Shown piece after piece: positions 24,549-34,531 of a stretch of DNA of 64,000 nt; position 1 is the first letter of the stretch; every line of letters starts with the position of its first letter. The stretch is from Symbiobacterium thermophilum. GTDB taxonomy: Bacteria > Bacillota > Sulfobacillia > DYFQ01. Both the position numbers and the translations under genes were made by a program. The DNA lies in NCBI GenBank assembly GCA_020725105.1, contig DYFQ01000003.1, positions 12,136-76,135 of the forward strand, given 5' to 3'. The notes below the pieces were generated by a model. That model searched no databases. It was not told where the DNA came from and saw nothing but the letters and a program-made list of their open reading frames with translations.

Positions 24549-26608
24549 GCCCGCACCACTCCGATGGCCTCAATTTCAACATCGGGTTCCAGCTCGGCGT
24601 AGGACAGCACCACCAGCCGGGGCAGCGCCCGCTCCGTCAGCCGCTTGAAGTACAGGCGGATGACCGGGGAGCAGAGCACGATGGGCCGGGCGCCCCGGGC
24701 CACGAGCCCCTCCACCGCCGCGGCGAGGGACTCCAGCGCCCGGCGGGCGGTGGCCGGCTCCAGGGCCAGCACCGCCCCGGCGTCGCGGTGCTCCACCGCG
24801 TCGGCGATGGCGCGCTCGAGGGCCGGGTCGAGGGTGATAACCGGCACCCGGCCCTCGTGCAGGCCGTAGCGCCGGGTGATGTAGCGGGCCAGCGCCTGGC
24901 GGGCCGCCTCGGTCAGGAGGTCGGGGTCCTTCGTCACCCTGGCCCGGTCGGCCAGCACCTCCAGCACGGCGGGAAGGTCCCGGATGCTGATGCCCTCCCG
25001 CAAGAGGTTCTGCAGGACTTTCTGGACCTCGCCGAGGGGCAGGAGGTTGGGCACCAGTTCCTCCACCACGGCGGGGTGGTCTTGCTTCACCCGGTCCAGG
25101 AGCGTCTGGACCTCCTGCCGGGACAGCAGTTCGTGGGCGTGGCGCCGGCAGATCTCGGTCAGGTGGGTCGCCAGGACCGACGCCGGGTCGACCACCGTGT
25201 ACCCCAGGAGTTCGGCCCGCTCTTTCTGGTCCGCCGCCACCCAGATGGCCGGCAGGCCGAAGGCGGGCTCGCGGGTCTGGATGCCGTCCAGGTCGGCCTC
25301 CTGCTCGGTGGGGGCCATGGCCAGAAAGCGCTCCAGGTATAGCTCGCCCCGGCCCACCTCCACCCCGCGGATGCGGATGGCGTAGACGTGGGGTTCCAGT
25401 TGCATGTTGTCCATGATCCGGATGGGTGGCACGATAAAGCCCAGTTCCAGGGCGAGTTGCCGCCGGATCAGGCCCACCCGTTGCCCCAGATCCCCGGTGG
25501 CCGGATCGGCCAGCGGGATCAGCCCGTAACCGAGTTCGATCTCCAGGGGATCCACTCGCAGCAGGCCCAGCACCCGGTCGGGCTGCTTGAGCGCCTCGTC
25601 TTCCCGGCTCCGGGCCTGCTCGGCCGCTTCCTGCCGGGCCAGCCGATCCACCTCGGTCATGACCAGACCCATCCCTCCCGAAGCGGCGGCCAGGATCACA
25701 AAGGGCAGCCAGGGCAGGCCGGGCATGATGGCCAGGGTCCCCAGCAGCCCGGCCGCGATGTACAGCGCCCGCGGCCGTGACAGCAGCTGCCCCGTCAGGT
25801 CCTGGCCCAGGTTGGCCTCGGAGGCCGCCCGGGTGACGACGATGCCGGTGGCGGTCGAGATCAGCAGTGCCGGGATCTGGGTCACCAGCCCGTCGCCCAC
25901 CGTCAGGAGCGAGTAGCGCTGCAGGGCCTGCTCCACGGCGAGCCCCCGCTGCCACACGCCGATGGCGAACCCGCCCAGCAGGTTGATGATGGTGATGATC
26001 ACCGCCGCGATGGCGTCGCCCTTCACGAACTTGGCCGCGCCGTCCATCGCGCCATAGAAGTCGGCCTCCCGCTCGATCTCCCGCCGCCGCTTGCGGGCGT
26101 CGTCCTCGGTGATCAGCCCCGCGTTGAGGTCGGCGTCGATGGCCATCTGCTTGCCGGGCATGGCGTCCAGGGTGAACCTGGCCGCCACCTCGGCCACCCG
26201 CTCGGCGCCCCTGGTGATGACCACGAACTGGATGATGGCCAGGATCAGGAAGACCACGAAGCCGACCACCGGGTTGCCGCCGACCACGAACTCGCCGAAG
26301 GACCGGATGATCCGTCCCGCCTCCCCGTGGAGGAGGATCAGCCGGGTCGACGACACGTTCAGCGCCAGGCGGAACAGGGTGGTCACCAGCAGGAGCGAGG
26401 GGAAGATGGAAAACTCCAGGGGCTCCTGGGTGTACATGGCCACCAGCAGCACCAGCAGGGCCACCGTCAGGTTCAGCGACAGGAGCAGGTCCAGCAGGGC
26501 CGGGGGCAGCGGCACCACCATCATGACCACCATGGCCACCACGGCCGCGGCGATCACGACGTCCGCGTGCTTCAGGACCCGCTGAACGATCAGGACGCCT
26601 TCGCGCAC
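24545..26608 (-). CDS. flhA: Export apparatus protein FlhA
   Basis: RVAEVAARFTLDAMPGKQMAIDADL, FYGAMDGA. Confidence 0.98.
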   Translation of the reverse strand: MREGVLIVQRVLKHADVVIAAAVVAMVVMMVVPLPPALLDLLLSLNLTVALLVLLVAMYTQEPLEFSIFPSLLLVTTLFRLALNVSSTRLILLHGEAGRIIRSFGEFVVGGNPVVGFVVFLILAIIQFVVITRGAERVAEVAARFTLDAMPGKQMAIDADLNAGLITEDDARKRRREIEREADFYGAMDGAAKFVKGDAIAAVIITIINLLGGFAIGVWQRGLAVEQALQRYSLLTVGDGLVTQIPALLISTATGIVVTRAASEANLGQDLTGQLLSRPRALYIAAGLLGTLAIMPGLPWLPFVILAAASGGMGLVMTEVDRLARQEAAEQARSREDEALKQPDRVLGLLRVDPLEIELGYGLIPLADPATGDLGQRVGLIRRQLALELGFIVPPIRIMDNMQLEPHVYAIRIRGVEVGRGELYLERFLAMAPTEQEADLDGIQTREPAFGLPAIWVAADQKERAELLGYTVVDPASVLATHLTEICRRHAHELLSRQEVQTLLDRVKQDHPAVVEELVPNLLPLGEVQKVLQNLLREGISIRDLPAVLEVLADRARVTKDPDLLTEAARQALARYITRRYGLHEGRVPVITLDPALERAIADAVEHRDAGAVLALEPATARRALESLAAAVEGLVARGARPIVLCSPVIRLYFKRLTERALPRLVVLSYAELEPDVEIEAIGVVRA

Positions 26609-26620
26609 CCCTGTTCCTCC

Positions 26621-27724
26621 TTACCTGCCCGCCGCCGGGCTCTGCCCGGGCGGCGCCACCTGGCGCGGCAGCCGGCCGGTCAGCCGGTAGACGAAGGCCA
26701 GCACCTCGGCGACGGCCCGGTACAGTTCGGCCGGAATCACCCGCCCCACCTCGCACAGGCGGTAGAGCGCCTGGGCCAGCGGCGGGTTCTGCACCAGCGG
26801 CACCTGGTGCTCGGCAGCCAGCCGGCGGATGCGCTCCGCCAGGTGGCCCTGGCCCTTGGCCACGACCCGTGGCGCGTCCGCCACGGCCGGGTCGTACTGC
26901 AGGGCCACCGCCAGGTGGACCGGGTTGGTGACCACCACGTCGGCCCGGGGAACCGCGGCCATCATCCGCCTGGTGGCCAGTTGCCGCTGGCGCTCCCGGA
27001 TGCGCGCCCGGACGTGGGGGTGGCCCTCGGTCTCCTTGAACTCCTCCTTGACCTCCTGGCGGGTCATCCGGAGGCTCTGCTCGTACTCCCAGCGCTGGTA
27101 CGCCAAGTCGAGCACGCCCATGACCAGGAGCGCCAGGCCCGCCCGCCAGGCCACCCGCTGGGCGATCACGCCCAGCACCGGCAGGGCGGCCCTGGGTTCC
27201 ATTCCCACCAGGTCCGGCAGGCGGGCCGCCTCCCCGGCCACCGCCAGGTAGGTCACGTAGCCGACCACCAGGACCTTGGCGAGGGCCTTTATCAGTTCCA
27301 CGCCGGCCCGCCGGGAAAACATCCGGCGCAGGCCGGCCACGGGGTCGAGCCGGCTCAGGCTGGGCGCCACCGGATCCAGCGATACCAGAAACCCCACCTG
27401 GGCGACGCTCGTGGCCGCGCCGGCGAGCATCACCGTGGCCAGCAGCGGCAGGACCAGGCCCAAGCCCAGCCACGCCCAGGCCGAAAAGGCCTGCTGGAAG
27501 TCGGCGACCGCCCACTCCCGCGCCGGCAGGGCCCCCAGGGTGGAACGGGCCAGGGTCTGAAGGGAGTCCCACGCGGCCGGCCCGGTCCAGCGGAGGGCAA
27601 GAAGGCCGGCCAGGAGCACCGCGGCGGAGGTGAGTTCCGGGCTGCGGGCGGTGTGGCCGCGCTGGCGGGCCTTTTGCCGCTTGCGCGGGGTAGCCCGCTC
27701 TTTCCGCTCCTGACTGGTGTCCAT
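26621..27724 (-). CDS. flhB: Export switch protein FlhB
   Basis: ATPRKR..AR..G, EGHP, VVTNPVH (NPTH variant), VAKG. Confidence 0.95.
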   Translation of the reverse strand: MDTSQERKERATPRKRQKARQRGHTARSPELTSAAVLLAGLLALRWTGPAAWDSLQTLARSTLGALPAREWAVADFQQAFSAWAWLGLGLVLPLLATVMLAGAATSVAQVGFLVSLDPVAPSLSRLDPVAGLRRMFSRRAGVELIKALAKVLVVGYVTYLAVAGEAARLPDLVGMEPRAALPVLGVIAQRVAWRAGLALLVMGVLDLAYQRWEYEQSLRMTRQEVKEEFKETEGHPHVRARIRERQRQLATRRMMAAVPRADVVVTNPVHLAVALQYDPAVADAPRVVAKGQGHLAERIRRLAAEHQVPLVQNPPLAQALYRLCEVGRVIPAELYRAVAEVLAFVYRLTGRLPRQVAPPGQSPAAGR

Positions 27725-27787
27725 CGCCGCCCTCCTTTCCCTGCCGGATCCCCGGCGCCTCGGCCTGCGGCCGCGGCAACACCGGGC

Positions 27788-28576
27788 TCAACGCGCCAGG
27801 ATGCCGATGACCGCCTCAAGCTGGCGGCCGAGTCCCTCCAGGAGCCCTGCCAGCAGCGCCACGGTGAACGGAAGCACCAGCGCCAGCACAGCGAGGCCCA
27901 CCGCGGCCTGCACCGGCAGGCCCACCACGAACACGTTCATCTGCGGCACCGTCCGGCTCACGATCCCCAGGGCCAGGTTTACGAGGAAGATGGCCGCCAT
28001 CACCGGCGCGGCCAGTTGCAGCGCGAACACGAACAGCTGGCCCAGGAGCCCCACCACGTTCCCGGTAAGCTCCGGCGCCCAGCGGGCCTGGCCCGGGGGC
28101 AGCACCCGGAAGCTCCCGGCCAGGGCGCGGATGACCACGTGGTGGCCGTTGAGCCCGAGAAACACCAGCAGCGCCAGGAGGTTCTTGAAGCTTCCCACCA
28201 GCGGCAGCTGGTGGCCGAACTCGGGGTCGATGACGTTCACGATGCCAAAGCCCAGTTCGAAGTCGATGATCTGGCCGGCCACCTGCGCGGCCACGAAGAG
28301 GAGCAGCGCCGCGAATCCCAGCAGCAGCCCGACCCCGACCTCTCCCAGCACCCACAGGCCGTAGGCCCACAGGTGGGCCGGCACGCCTTGTGGCGGCGCG
28401 GCCACCACCGGCAGGAGCACCAGGGCCAGGATCAGTGCCAGGCCCGCCTTCAGTTGCACCGGCACGTCCCTGCCGCCCAGCACCGGCGTGGCGGCAAAGA
28501 TGGCCGACACCCGCGCCAGGACCAGCAGGAACACGGTGAACTCCTCGTAAAGGCCCAGCGGCCAGCCGGCGCTCAC
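27788..28576 (-). CDS. fliR: FliR
   Basis: AGQIIDFELGF, RTVPQMNVF. Confidence 0.95.
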   Translation of the reverse strand: MSAGWPLGLYEEFTVFLLVLARVSAIFAATPVLGGRDVPVQLKAGLALILALVLLPVVAAPPQGVPAHLWAYGLWVLGEVGVGLLLGFAALLLFVAAQVAGQIIDFELGFGIVNVIDPEFGHQLPLVGSFKNLLALLVFLGLNGHHVVIRALAGSFRVLPPGQARWAPELTGNVVGLLGQLFVFALQLAAPVMAAIFLVNLALGIVSRTVPQMNVFVVGLPVQAAVGLAVLALVLPFTVALLAGLLEGLGRQLEAVIGILAR

Positions 28577-28588
28577 GGCCCCACCCCG

Positions 28589-28858
28589 TCACCGGATGAA
28601 GCCCGCCAGGTTGCCCAGCAGGCCCCCCGCGAACTCCACCATCGTCTGCATCATCCAGGGCCCGAACACGAGGCCGGCGACGAAGACCACGATGACCTTG
28701 GGCACGAAGGTCAGCGTCTGTTCCTGAATTTGTGTCGCGGCCTGCAACAGGCTGATGAAGACGCCCACCGCCATGGCCAGCCCCAGCATGGGCGCGGCCA
28801 CCACGAGCACCGTCCACAGGGCCTGCCGGCCCAGCGACACCACAAGCTCCTGGGGCAC
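28589..28858 (-). CDS. fliQ: FliQ
   Basis: QAATQIQEQTLTFVPK. Confidence 0.97.
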   Translation of the reverse strand: MPQELVVSLGRQALWTVLVVAAPMLGLAMAVGVFISLLQAATQIQEQTLTFVPKVIVVFVAGLVFGPWMMQTMVEFAGGLLGNLAGFIR

Positions 28859-28881
28859 CGGCCGTCACCTCTTCCCACCGC

Positions 28882-29673
28882 TCACTGGAAGCTCACAACC
28901 AGGGAGCGCACCACCAGGTACCACCCGTCCACCAGCACGAACAACACGATCTTGAACGGCAGCGACACCATCATCGGTGGCAGCATCAACATGCCCATGG
29001 ACATCAGGGTGCTGGCCACGATCATGTCGATCACAATGAAGGGCACGAAGATGACAAACCCCATCTGGAACGCCGTCTTCAGTTCGGAAATGGCGAAAGC
29101 CGGGATCAAGAGGTGTAGCGGCACCTCTTCCTGTGTCTGGGGCCGGGAAGCCCCGGCAACGCTCAAGAACAGGGCCAGGTCCTTCTCGCGGGTCTGCCGC
29201 AGCATGAAAGCCCTGACGGGCTCGGCGGCCCGGTCGAGGGCCTGGGCCTGGTCGATCTCGCCGGCCAGGTAGGGTTGGAGCGCCTGGGCGTTCACCTGGC
29301 TCCACACGGGCGCCATGATGAAGAAGGTCAGGAACAGGGCCAGCCCGACCAGCACCTGGTTGGGCGGGATCTGCTGGCTGGCCAGGGCGTTCCGCACGAA
29401 CCCCAGCACCACCACGATCCGGGTGAACGACGTCATCAGGATCAGCATGGCGGGGGCCAGGCTCAGCACCGTGAGCAAGAAAAGGATCTGGAGGCTGGTA
29501 GCCACCTCCTGGGGGCTTTCCGCCGGCCGCAGCCCTATGTTCAGGCTGGGCAGGGCCGGAGGCTCGGCCCAGGCCACGCCCGAAGCCATGGCCAGCACCC
29601 CAAGGAACAGGGTGAACCCCAGCACCCCGCGGCAGCCTGCCGCCGGCGTCCGGCACCCGCCCCGGCGGGCCAT
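28882..29673 (-). CDS. fliP: FliP
   Basis: MTSFTRI, PPNQVL, SELKTAF, LFVLVDGW. Confidence 0.97.
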   Translation of the reverse strand: MARRGGCRTPAAGCRGVLGFTLFLGVLAMASGVAWAEPPALPSLNIGLRPAESPQEVATSLQILFLLTVLSLAPAMLILMTSFTRIVVVLGFVRNALASQQIPPNQVLVGLALFLTFFIMAPVWSQVNAQALQPYLAGEIDQAQALDRAAEPVRAFMLRQTREKDLALFLSVAGASRPQTQEEVPLHLLIPAFAISELKTAFQMGFVIFVPFIVIDMIVASTLMSMGMLMLPPMMVSLPFKIVLFVLVDGWYLVVRSLVVSFQ

Positions 29674-30185
29674 CAGGCGCTACCCTCCTGCCGGCGAGAA
29701 TGCCATAGCTCCCGCGCGGCGCGAAGCCGGCTCACCGAGCGGGCCAGGCGTGCCGCCGCGCCGGCCGGGCTTGAAGCCTCCCGGCCCGTTCGACGGCCGT
29801 TGAACCGGGTCCACCAGGCCGCGGCCCGGTCGGAGATGACCCGCCAGAGGTGCTCGGCTCCGGGCCGGGACGCGGCGGTCGGGGCCCCTTCCTGGCCTTC
29901 AAGGCAGGCCGCCAGTTCGTCCCTGGAAAAGGATGCCAGCAGCGAGACGTTTTGCTCCGCAAAGCCGACCACCAGGAACCGGCCCGCCACCTCCACCAGG
30001 CCGACGCCCCGGTGGGGACCCAGTCCCATGGCGTCCACCAGCCTGAGATACCGCCCCGGGCGGCCCGAGCCGAAGCGCCGGGCCATGAGCCGGGTCACCC
30101 AGTACGCCAGGCCGATCACCAGCGCCGTCACCAGCAGGAACTCAAGCAGCTGGCCGGCGGGAAGCAAGGCCTCCTTGCCCGTCAC
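29673..30185 (-). CDS. fliO: FliO/FliZ
   Basis: Single TM, then LGPHRGVGLVEVAGRFLVVG. Confidence 0.85.
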   Translation of the reverse strand: MTGKEALLPAGQLLEFLLVTALVIGLAYWVTRLMARRFGSGRPGRYLRLVDAMGLGPHRGVGLVEVAGRFLVVGFAEQNVSLLASFSRDELAACLEGQEGAPTAASRPGAEHLWRVISDRAAAWWTRFNGRRTGREASSPAGAAARLARSVSRLRAARELWHSRRQEGSA

Positions 30186-30203
30186 ACGCTCCCCCTCCCT
30201 GGG

Positions 30204-31220
30204 CTAGCGCAGGGTCTGAACCCGCTCCACCGGGCTGACGATCTCGGTGATGCGGACCCCGAAGTTCTCGTTGATGACCACGACCTCGCCCCGGGCGATG
30301 GGCTTGCCGTTGACCAGGATGTCCACGGCCTCCCCCGCCAGCCGGTCCAGTTCGATCACAGAACCCGTGCTGAAGCCGAGAATCTCCCGGATCAGCCGGC
30401 GGGTGCGGCCGAGTTCCACCGTGAGGGAGAGGGGGACGTCCATGATCAACTCGATGTTGCGACCCTCCGCCGCCCGGGCGCCGCTGTCGAAGGCGGGGAA
30501 CCTGGCCTCGGCCACGGTCCGCTGGCCCTGTGGCGCAGGGCGGTCCTGCGCCGGCGCCCCCTTGTGGCCGCGGGGCCGGCCGGCCTGGTGGGCGCCGGCG
30601 AGTTCTTCCAGGCTGTCGACCAGGGTCTGGCTGAGCAGCAGGTACACTGCCAGCTGAGCACCACCGGGGAGGGCAACGGTGTAATCACCCGCCGCGACGC
30701 CCGGTCCTTCAAGGAACCCCGGGAGGTCTTCGGTGAGGGTCACGGCCCGGCAGCGGGGCGCGCCGAGGCTGATCTTGGCGCCGAGGGCCGTACCCCAGGC
30801 CGACGCCAGGCCGCCGGCGACCTGGCCGATGGCCTCACCCAGCACCGCCAGGTGGTCGTCGGCGAGTTCAACCGGGGTCTCGTCCCCCGATCCGCCCAGC
30901 ATCGCCCTGACCAGAGCCAGCGCCCCGGCCTCCGGCACCGCCACCGCCAGGCTGCCGGCGGCTCCCTCCACGGCCTCGACTTCCGCCCACAGAGCGCGGC
31001 CTTCGACCCGGGACACCACTCCGGTCGCGCCCACCATGCTCCACCCCGCGGCCGAGACCTCTGCCCCACCCTCGACCAGCAGGTCCAGGGCGTGCTCCAG
31101 GCCGGCCGCCGCCCGGCGGAAGAGCTCGTCGGTGAAGCCCGCCGAGCCGGCTTGGGACTCCTGGTTGACCGCCCTCAGCAGGGCGTCCACCTCTTGCTGG
31201 GAAAGAACCTCCTTGTCCAC
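30204..31220 (-). CDS. fliY: Switch protein FliY/FliN with a degenerate CheC-like domain
   Basis: LSQQEVDALL N-terminus; C-terminal FliN domain NIELIMDVPL..GEVVVINENFGVRI. Confidence 0.85.
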   Translation of the reverse strand: MDKEVLSQQEVDALLRAVNQESQAGSAGFTDELFRRAAAGLEHALDLLVEGGAEVSAAGWSMVGATGVVSRVEGRALWAEVEAVEGAAGSLAVAVPEAGALALVRAMLGGSGDETPVELADDHLAVLGEAIGQVAGGLASAWGTALGAKISLGAPRCRAVTLTEDLPGFLEGPGVAAGDYTVALPGGAQLAVYLLLSQTLVDSLEELAGAHQAGRPRGHKGAPAQDRPAPQGQRTVAEARFPAFDSGARAAEGRNIELIMDVPLSLTVELGRTRRLIREILGFSTGSVIELDRLAGEAVDILVNGKPIARGEVVVINENFGVRITEIVSPVERVQTLR

Positions 31221-31224
31221 GGGC

Positions 31225-32208
31225 CTAGCCCTCCTCCCCGCCTGAAACCACTTCCGTTACCTGTACGGCCAGGCGGTTGGACACGGTGCCCGGCCGGCCG
31301 CGAAACTTCTCCTCGTCCTCGACGAACACCGAGACCTCGTCGTCCAGGTTGGAGTCGAGCGGGACGACGTCGCCCACCTCCAGGTTCAGCAGGTCCCGGA
31401 CGGTGATCTCCGTCCGGCCCAGCTCGGCCCGGATGGAAACCATGACCTGCCCCAGCCGGCGGCGCAGGGAGTCGCGGATGTGGGCCGGGGTTTCGCGCTT
31501 GGTGGCGGCGAACCACTGCTGCACCGAGAGCCGGGGTAGCACCGGTTCCAGGACCACGTAGGGGATGCAAACGTTGATGGCGCCCCGCTGATCGCCGATG
31601 CGGGCCGAGAGCGAGATGACGATGCAACTGTCCGACGGCGAGACCACCTGGATGAAGAGGGGGTTGGATTCCACCGCCTCCAGCTTGGGCCGGAGTTCCA
31701 CGATGTTCTTCCAGCCGTCGGCCAGGTTTGCCAGGATCCCCCGTACCACCCGCTCGATGGCCGTCTCCTCGATCTCCGTGAGGGCGCGGGCCTTTTCCTG
31801 GCCCTGCCCCAGGCCGCCGAAGAGCCGGTCCACCATGGGAAAGGCGATGGAGGGCTGGATCTCGATGATGGCGTTGCCCTCGAGGGGTGCCAGGCCCACC
31901 ACGGCGGTGACCGCCGGGTTGGGCACCGCCCGGATGAACTCACCGAAGGTCAGCTGGTCGACGGATTCCACGGTGAACTGCACCATGGTCCTGAAGTTGG
32001 CGGAGAAATAGGTGGTCAGCATCCGGGCCACGTTGTCGTGAAGCATCTGCATGGTCCGGATCTGATCCTTGGAGAACTTGTCCGGGCGCCGGAAATCGTA
32101 GAGCCTGACCGGCCGGTCCTCGATCCTGGCCTCGTCGGCCCGGACGTCGCCGGCCGTCAGCCCTTCGATCAGGGCGTCGATTTCTCGCTGCGTCAGGATC
32201 TCGGTCAA
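31225..32208 (-). CDS. fliM: Switch protein FliM
   Basis: LTQREIDALI, YDFRRPDKFSKDQIR, DRLFGG. Confidence 0.97.
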   Translation of the reverse strand: MTEILTQREIDALIEGLTAGDVRADEARIEDRPVRLYDFRRPDKFSKDQIRTMQMLHDNVARMLTTYFSANFRTMVQFTVESVDQLTFGEFIRAVPNPAVTAVVGLAPLEGNAIIEIQPSIAFPMVDRLFGGLGQGQEKARALTEIEETAIERVVRGILANLADGWKNIVELRPKLEAVESNPLFIQVVSPSDSCIVISLSARIGDQRGAINVCIPYVVLEPVLPRLSVQQWFAATKRETPAHIRDSLRRRLGQVMVSIRAELGRTEITVRDLLNLEVGDVVPLDSNLDDEVSVFVEDEEKFRGRPGTVSNRLAVQVTEVVSGGEEG

Positions 32209-32257
32209 GTGCCGCCGACCTCGCTCCGCCGCCGGCCGGGCCAGGCCCGGGTCCGGC

Positions 32258-32728
32258 TCACTGGATGATGAACTCGACGAAGAACACCCGGGTGACCCGG
32301 CCCGTCTTCAAGAGCCCGTTCACCCGGGCCGCGATGTCGCGGGCCAGGGCCTCCATGCCGGCGGCCCCCTCCACCTCGGCCAGGGTCTTGGACCGCAGGA
32401 CGGCCAGGATGCCGTCGGCCACGGCGGCCGACTTCTGGTCCAGTTCCCGGGTAACCAGGCGATCGTCAACGGAGAATTCGACCACCACCCGGATGAAGCG
32501 CCGCCCGCCGTTATCGGCCAGGTTGGTCAGGAACTCCCCGGCCCGGTACGGGACTGTCCCGGCCGCGGGGTCTTCCGCGCCGCCGAGCACCGCCCAGGCG
32601 ACCACGGCCAGCGCCACCACAAGCGCCGCGCCGCCGGCGATCAGGATCACCAGCCTGGAGAACCCCCGCTCGGAGCGAAGGCTCCATGGGTCCCGCAACT
32701 CGCGTCCGCCCCCCTCCAATGGGTTCAC
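32258..32728 (-). CDS. fliL: FliL
   Basis: TM, EFLTNLAD, VFFVEFIIQ. Confidence 0.9.
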   Translation of the reverse strand: MNPLEGGGRELRDPWSLRSERGFSRLVILIAGGAALVVALAVVAWAVLGGAEDPAAGTVPYRAGEFLTNLADNGGRRFIRVVVEFSVDDRLVTRELDQKSAAVADGILAVLRSKTLAEVEGAAGMEALARDIAARVNGLLKTGRVTRVFFVEFIIQ

Positions 32729-33465
32729 CTGGGCTCGGACTCCCCCACGACCAGGAACATGATGACCACGTCCACCCGCCGGTTCCGCTGCCGGTTGGCG
32801 TCGCTGTCGTTGGGGGCGATGGGCCGGTACTCCCCGTAACCCGCCGCCGACAGCCGCTCGGGGGACAGGCCGTGAACCTCGATCAGGTACCGCACCACGT
32901 TGGTGGCCCGCGCCGCCGACAGCTCCCAGTTGGACGGGAAGCGGGGCGTGTTGATGGGCCAGTTGTCCGTGTGCCCCTCCACCCGCACCTGGTTGGGGAT
33001 GGCCGCCAGGTCGGGAGCGATGCGGTCCAGGGTCTGGCGCCCCTCGGGCTTGATGTCCGCCTGTCCCAGGTCAAACAGAACCTGGTCGGAGAACCGGACC
33101 ACCAGTCCTCGCTCCTCCAGGCGGAGGATGACGGTGTCCTGAAGCTGGGCCTCCTCAAGGGTGGCTTCCAGCCGGGCCTGCACCGCCCGCATCTGGGCCA
33201 GGTCCCTGAAGTCGACCTGGGGCGGCGGCCGGAACTCCTCCACCAGTTCCTCGGTGGCCAGGGTCCGGCCGCCCCGCAAGAGGCCGAGGGAACCCTGGAT
33301 GGAGGCGATGGCCTCCTCGAACTTGTGCGCGTCGATGGTCGAGAAGGTGAACAGGAGCACGAAGAAGATGAGCACCTGCGTCACCAGGTCCCCGTAGGTC
33401 AGCATCCACAGGGGCGCGCTCGGTCCGGCCGAGAACCCTCCGTCCCGGCGGAGTCGCCTAGCCAT
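32725..33465 (-). CDS. motB: Stator B subunit (MotB/MotS type)
   Basis: WMLTYGD TM, EGHTD, NWELSAARA, NRRV. Confidence 0.93.
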   Translation of the reverse strand: MARRLRRDGGFSAGPSAPLWMLTYGDLVTQVLIFFVLLFTFSTIDAHKFEEAIASIQGSLGLLRGGRTLATEELVEEFRPPPQVDFRDLAQMRAVQARLEATLEEAQLQDTVILRLEERGLVVRFSDQVLFDLGQADIKPEGRQTLDRIAPDLAAIPNQVRVEGHTDNWPINTPRFPSNWELSAARATNVVRYLIEVHGLSPERLSAAGYGEYRPIAPNDSDANRQRNRRVDVVIMFLVVGESEPR

Positions 33466-34282
33466 GGAGCTCCGCCTCCGCGCTCTCGGGCTCGGTCACG
33501 GATGGCGCGCCGGCCCTCCGGGTGCGAACCATCTGTCGCAACTGGGGCGCCAGGAACGCCTTCAGCTTCTCCTCGACGATGCGCGGGTTGTCCCCCGCCT
33601 GGATGGACAGGATGCCCTCGATCATGACCTCCTTGAGGAGGATCTCCTCCGCCGACTTGACTTTCAGCTTGCCGGCGATGGGCAGGAACACCAGGTTGGC
33701 CAGGAGCGCCCCGTAAAAGGTCGTGAGCAGCGCCACCGCCATCCCCGGCCCGATGGCGTCGGGGTTCTGCAGGTTTTTCAACATGGCGATGAGGCCGATC
33801 AGGGTGCCGATCATGCCGAAGGCCGGCGACAGCGTCCCCATGGTCTCGAACATCCCCTGGCCGCCCTTGTGCCGGTCTTCCAGGAACGCCAGTTCCGTCT
33901 CGAGGATGTCCCGGACCAGCGCCGGGTCGGTGCCGTCCACCACCAGCTGGATGCCCTTCCTGAGGAACATCTCGTCGAGCCTGTCGGCCTCGTCTTCCAG
34001 GGCCAGCAGACCTTCCCGGCGGGCCTTCTCGGCGAAGCGGACCAGGAGTTCGATGACCTCTGACGGGTCCATCAACCTGGTGGAGAAAGCGTTCTTGACC
34101 ACCTTGGCCACGCCCAGCACCCGCGGCAGGGGATAGTTGACGAAAGTGGCCGCGAAGGTTCCGCCCAGCACGATGAAGACGGAAGGCAGGTTCCAGAACA
34201 TGCCGAGGGACGCGTCCATCATGATCCCCCAGCCGATCAGGATGATCCCTGCCAGTAGCCCGATCAGCGTCGAGATGTCCAC
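33458..34282 (-). CDS. motA: Stator A subunit (MotA/MotP type)
   Basis: ARREGLLALE, PAFGMIGTLIGL, ALLTTFYG. Confidence 0.93.
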   Translation of the reverse strand: MDISTLIGLLAGIILIGWGIMMDASLGMFWNLPSVFIVLGGTFAATFVNYPLPRVLGVAKVVKNAFSTRLMDPSEVIELLVRFAEKARREGLLALEDEADRLDEMFLRKGIQLVVDGTDPALVRDILETELAFLEDRHKGGQGMFETMGTLSPAFGMIGTLIGLIAMLKNLQNPDAIGPGMAVALLTTFYGALLANLVFLPIAGKLKVKSAEEILLKEVMIEGILSIQAGDNPRIVEEKLKAFLAPQLRQMVRTRRAGAPSVTEPESAEAELHG

Positions 34283-34294
34283 CGGATGACACTC

Positions 34295-34531
34295 CTATGC
34301 GCTCGGCTGTTCAGTACCTGGCTGTTCCGCCGCCCGCCTGGCGCACCGCCGCCGTTGCAAGGCCCGCCGGTACTCGAGCACCTTTCTGACCACCTCGGAG
34401 GCGGTGTCCCGGACCACGTACTTCTTGCCCGTGGTCAAGGTGACGACCGTGTCGGGGGTCTCCTCCACCGTCTCCACAAGCTCGGCGTTGATGATGATGT
34501 CGGCCCCCGACAGCCGGGTGAGTTGAATCAC
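34295..34531 (-). CDS. flbD: FlbD family flagellar protein
   Basis: MIQLTRL...NAELVETVEETPDTVVTL. Confidence 0.9.
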   Translation of the reverse strand: MIQLTRLSGADIIINAELVETVEETPDTVVTLTTGKKYVVRDTASEVVRKVLEYRRALQRRRCARRAAEQPGTEQPSA

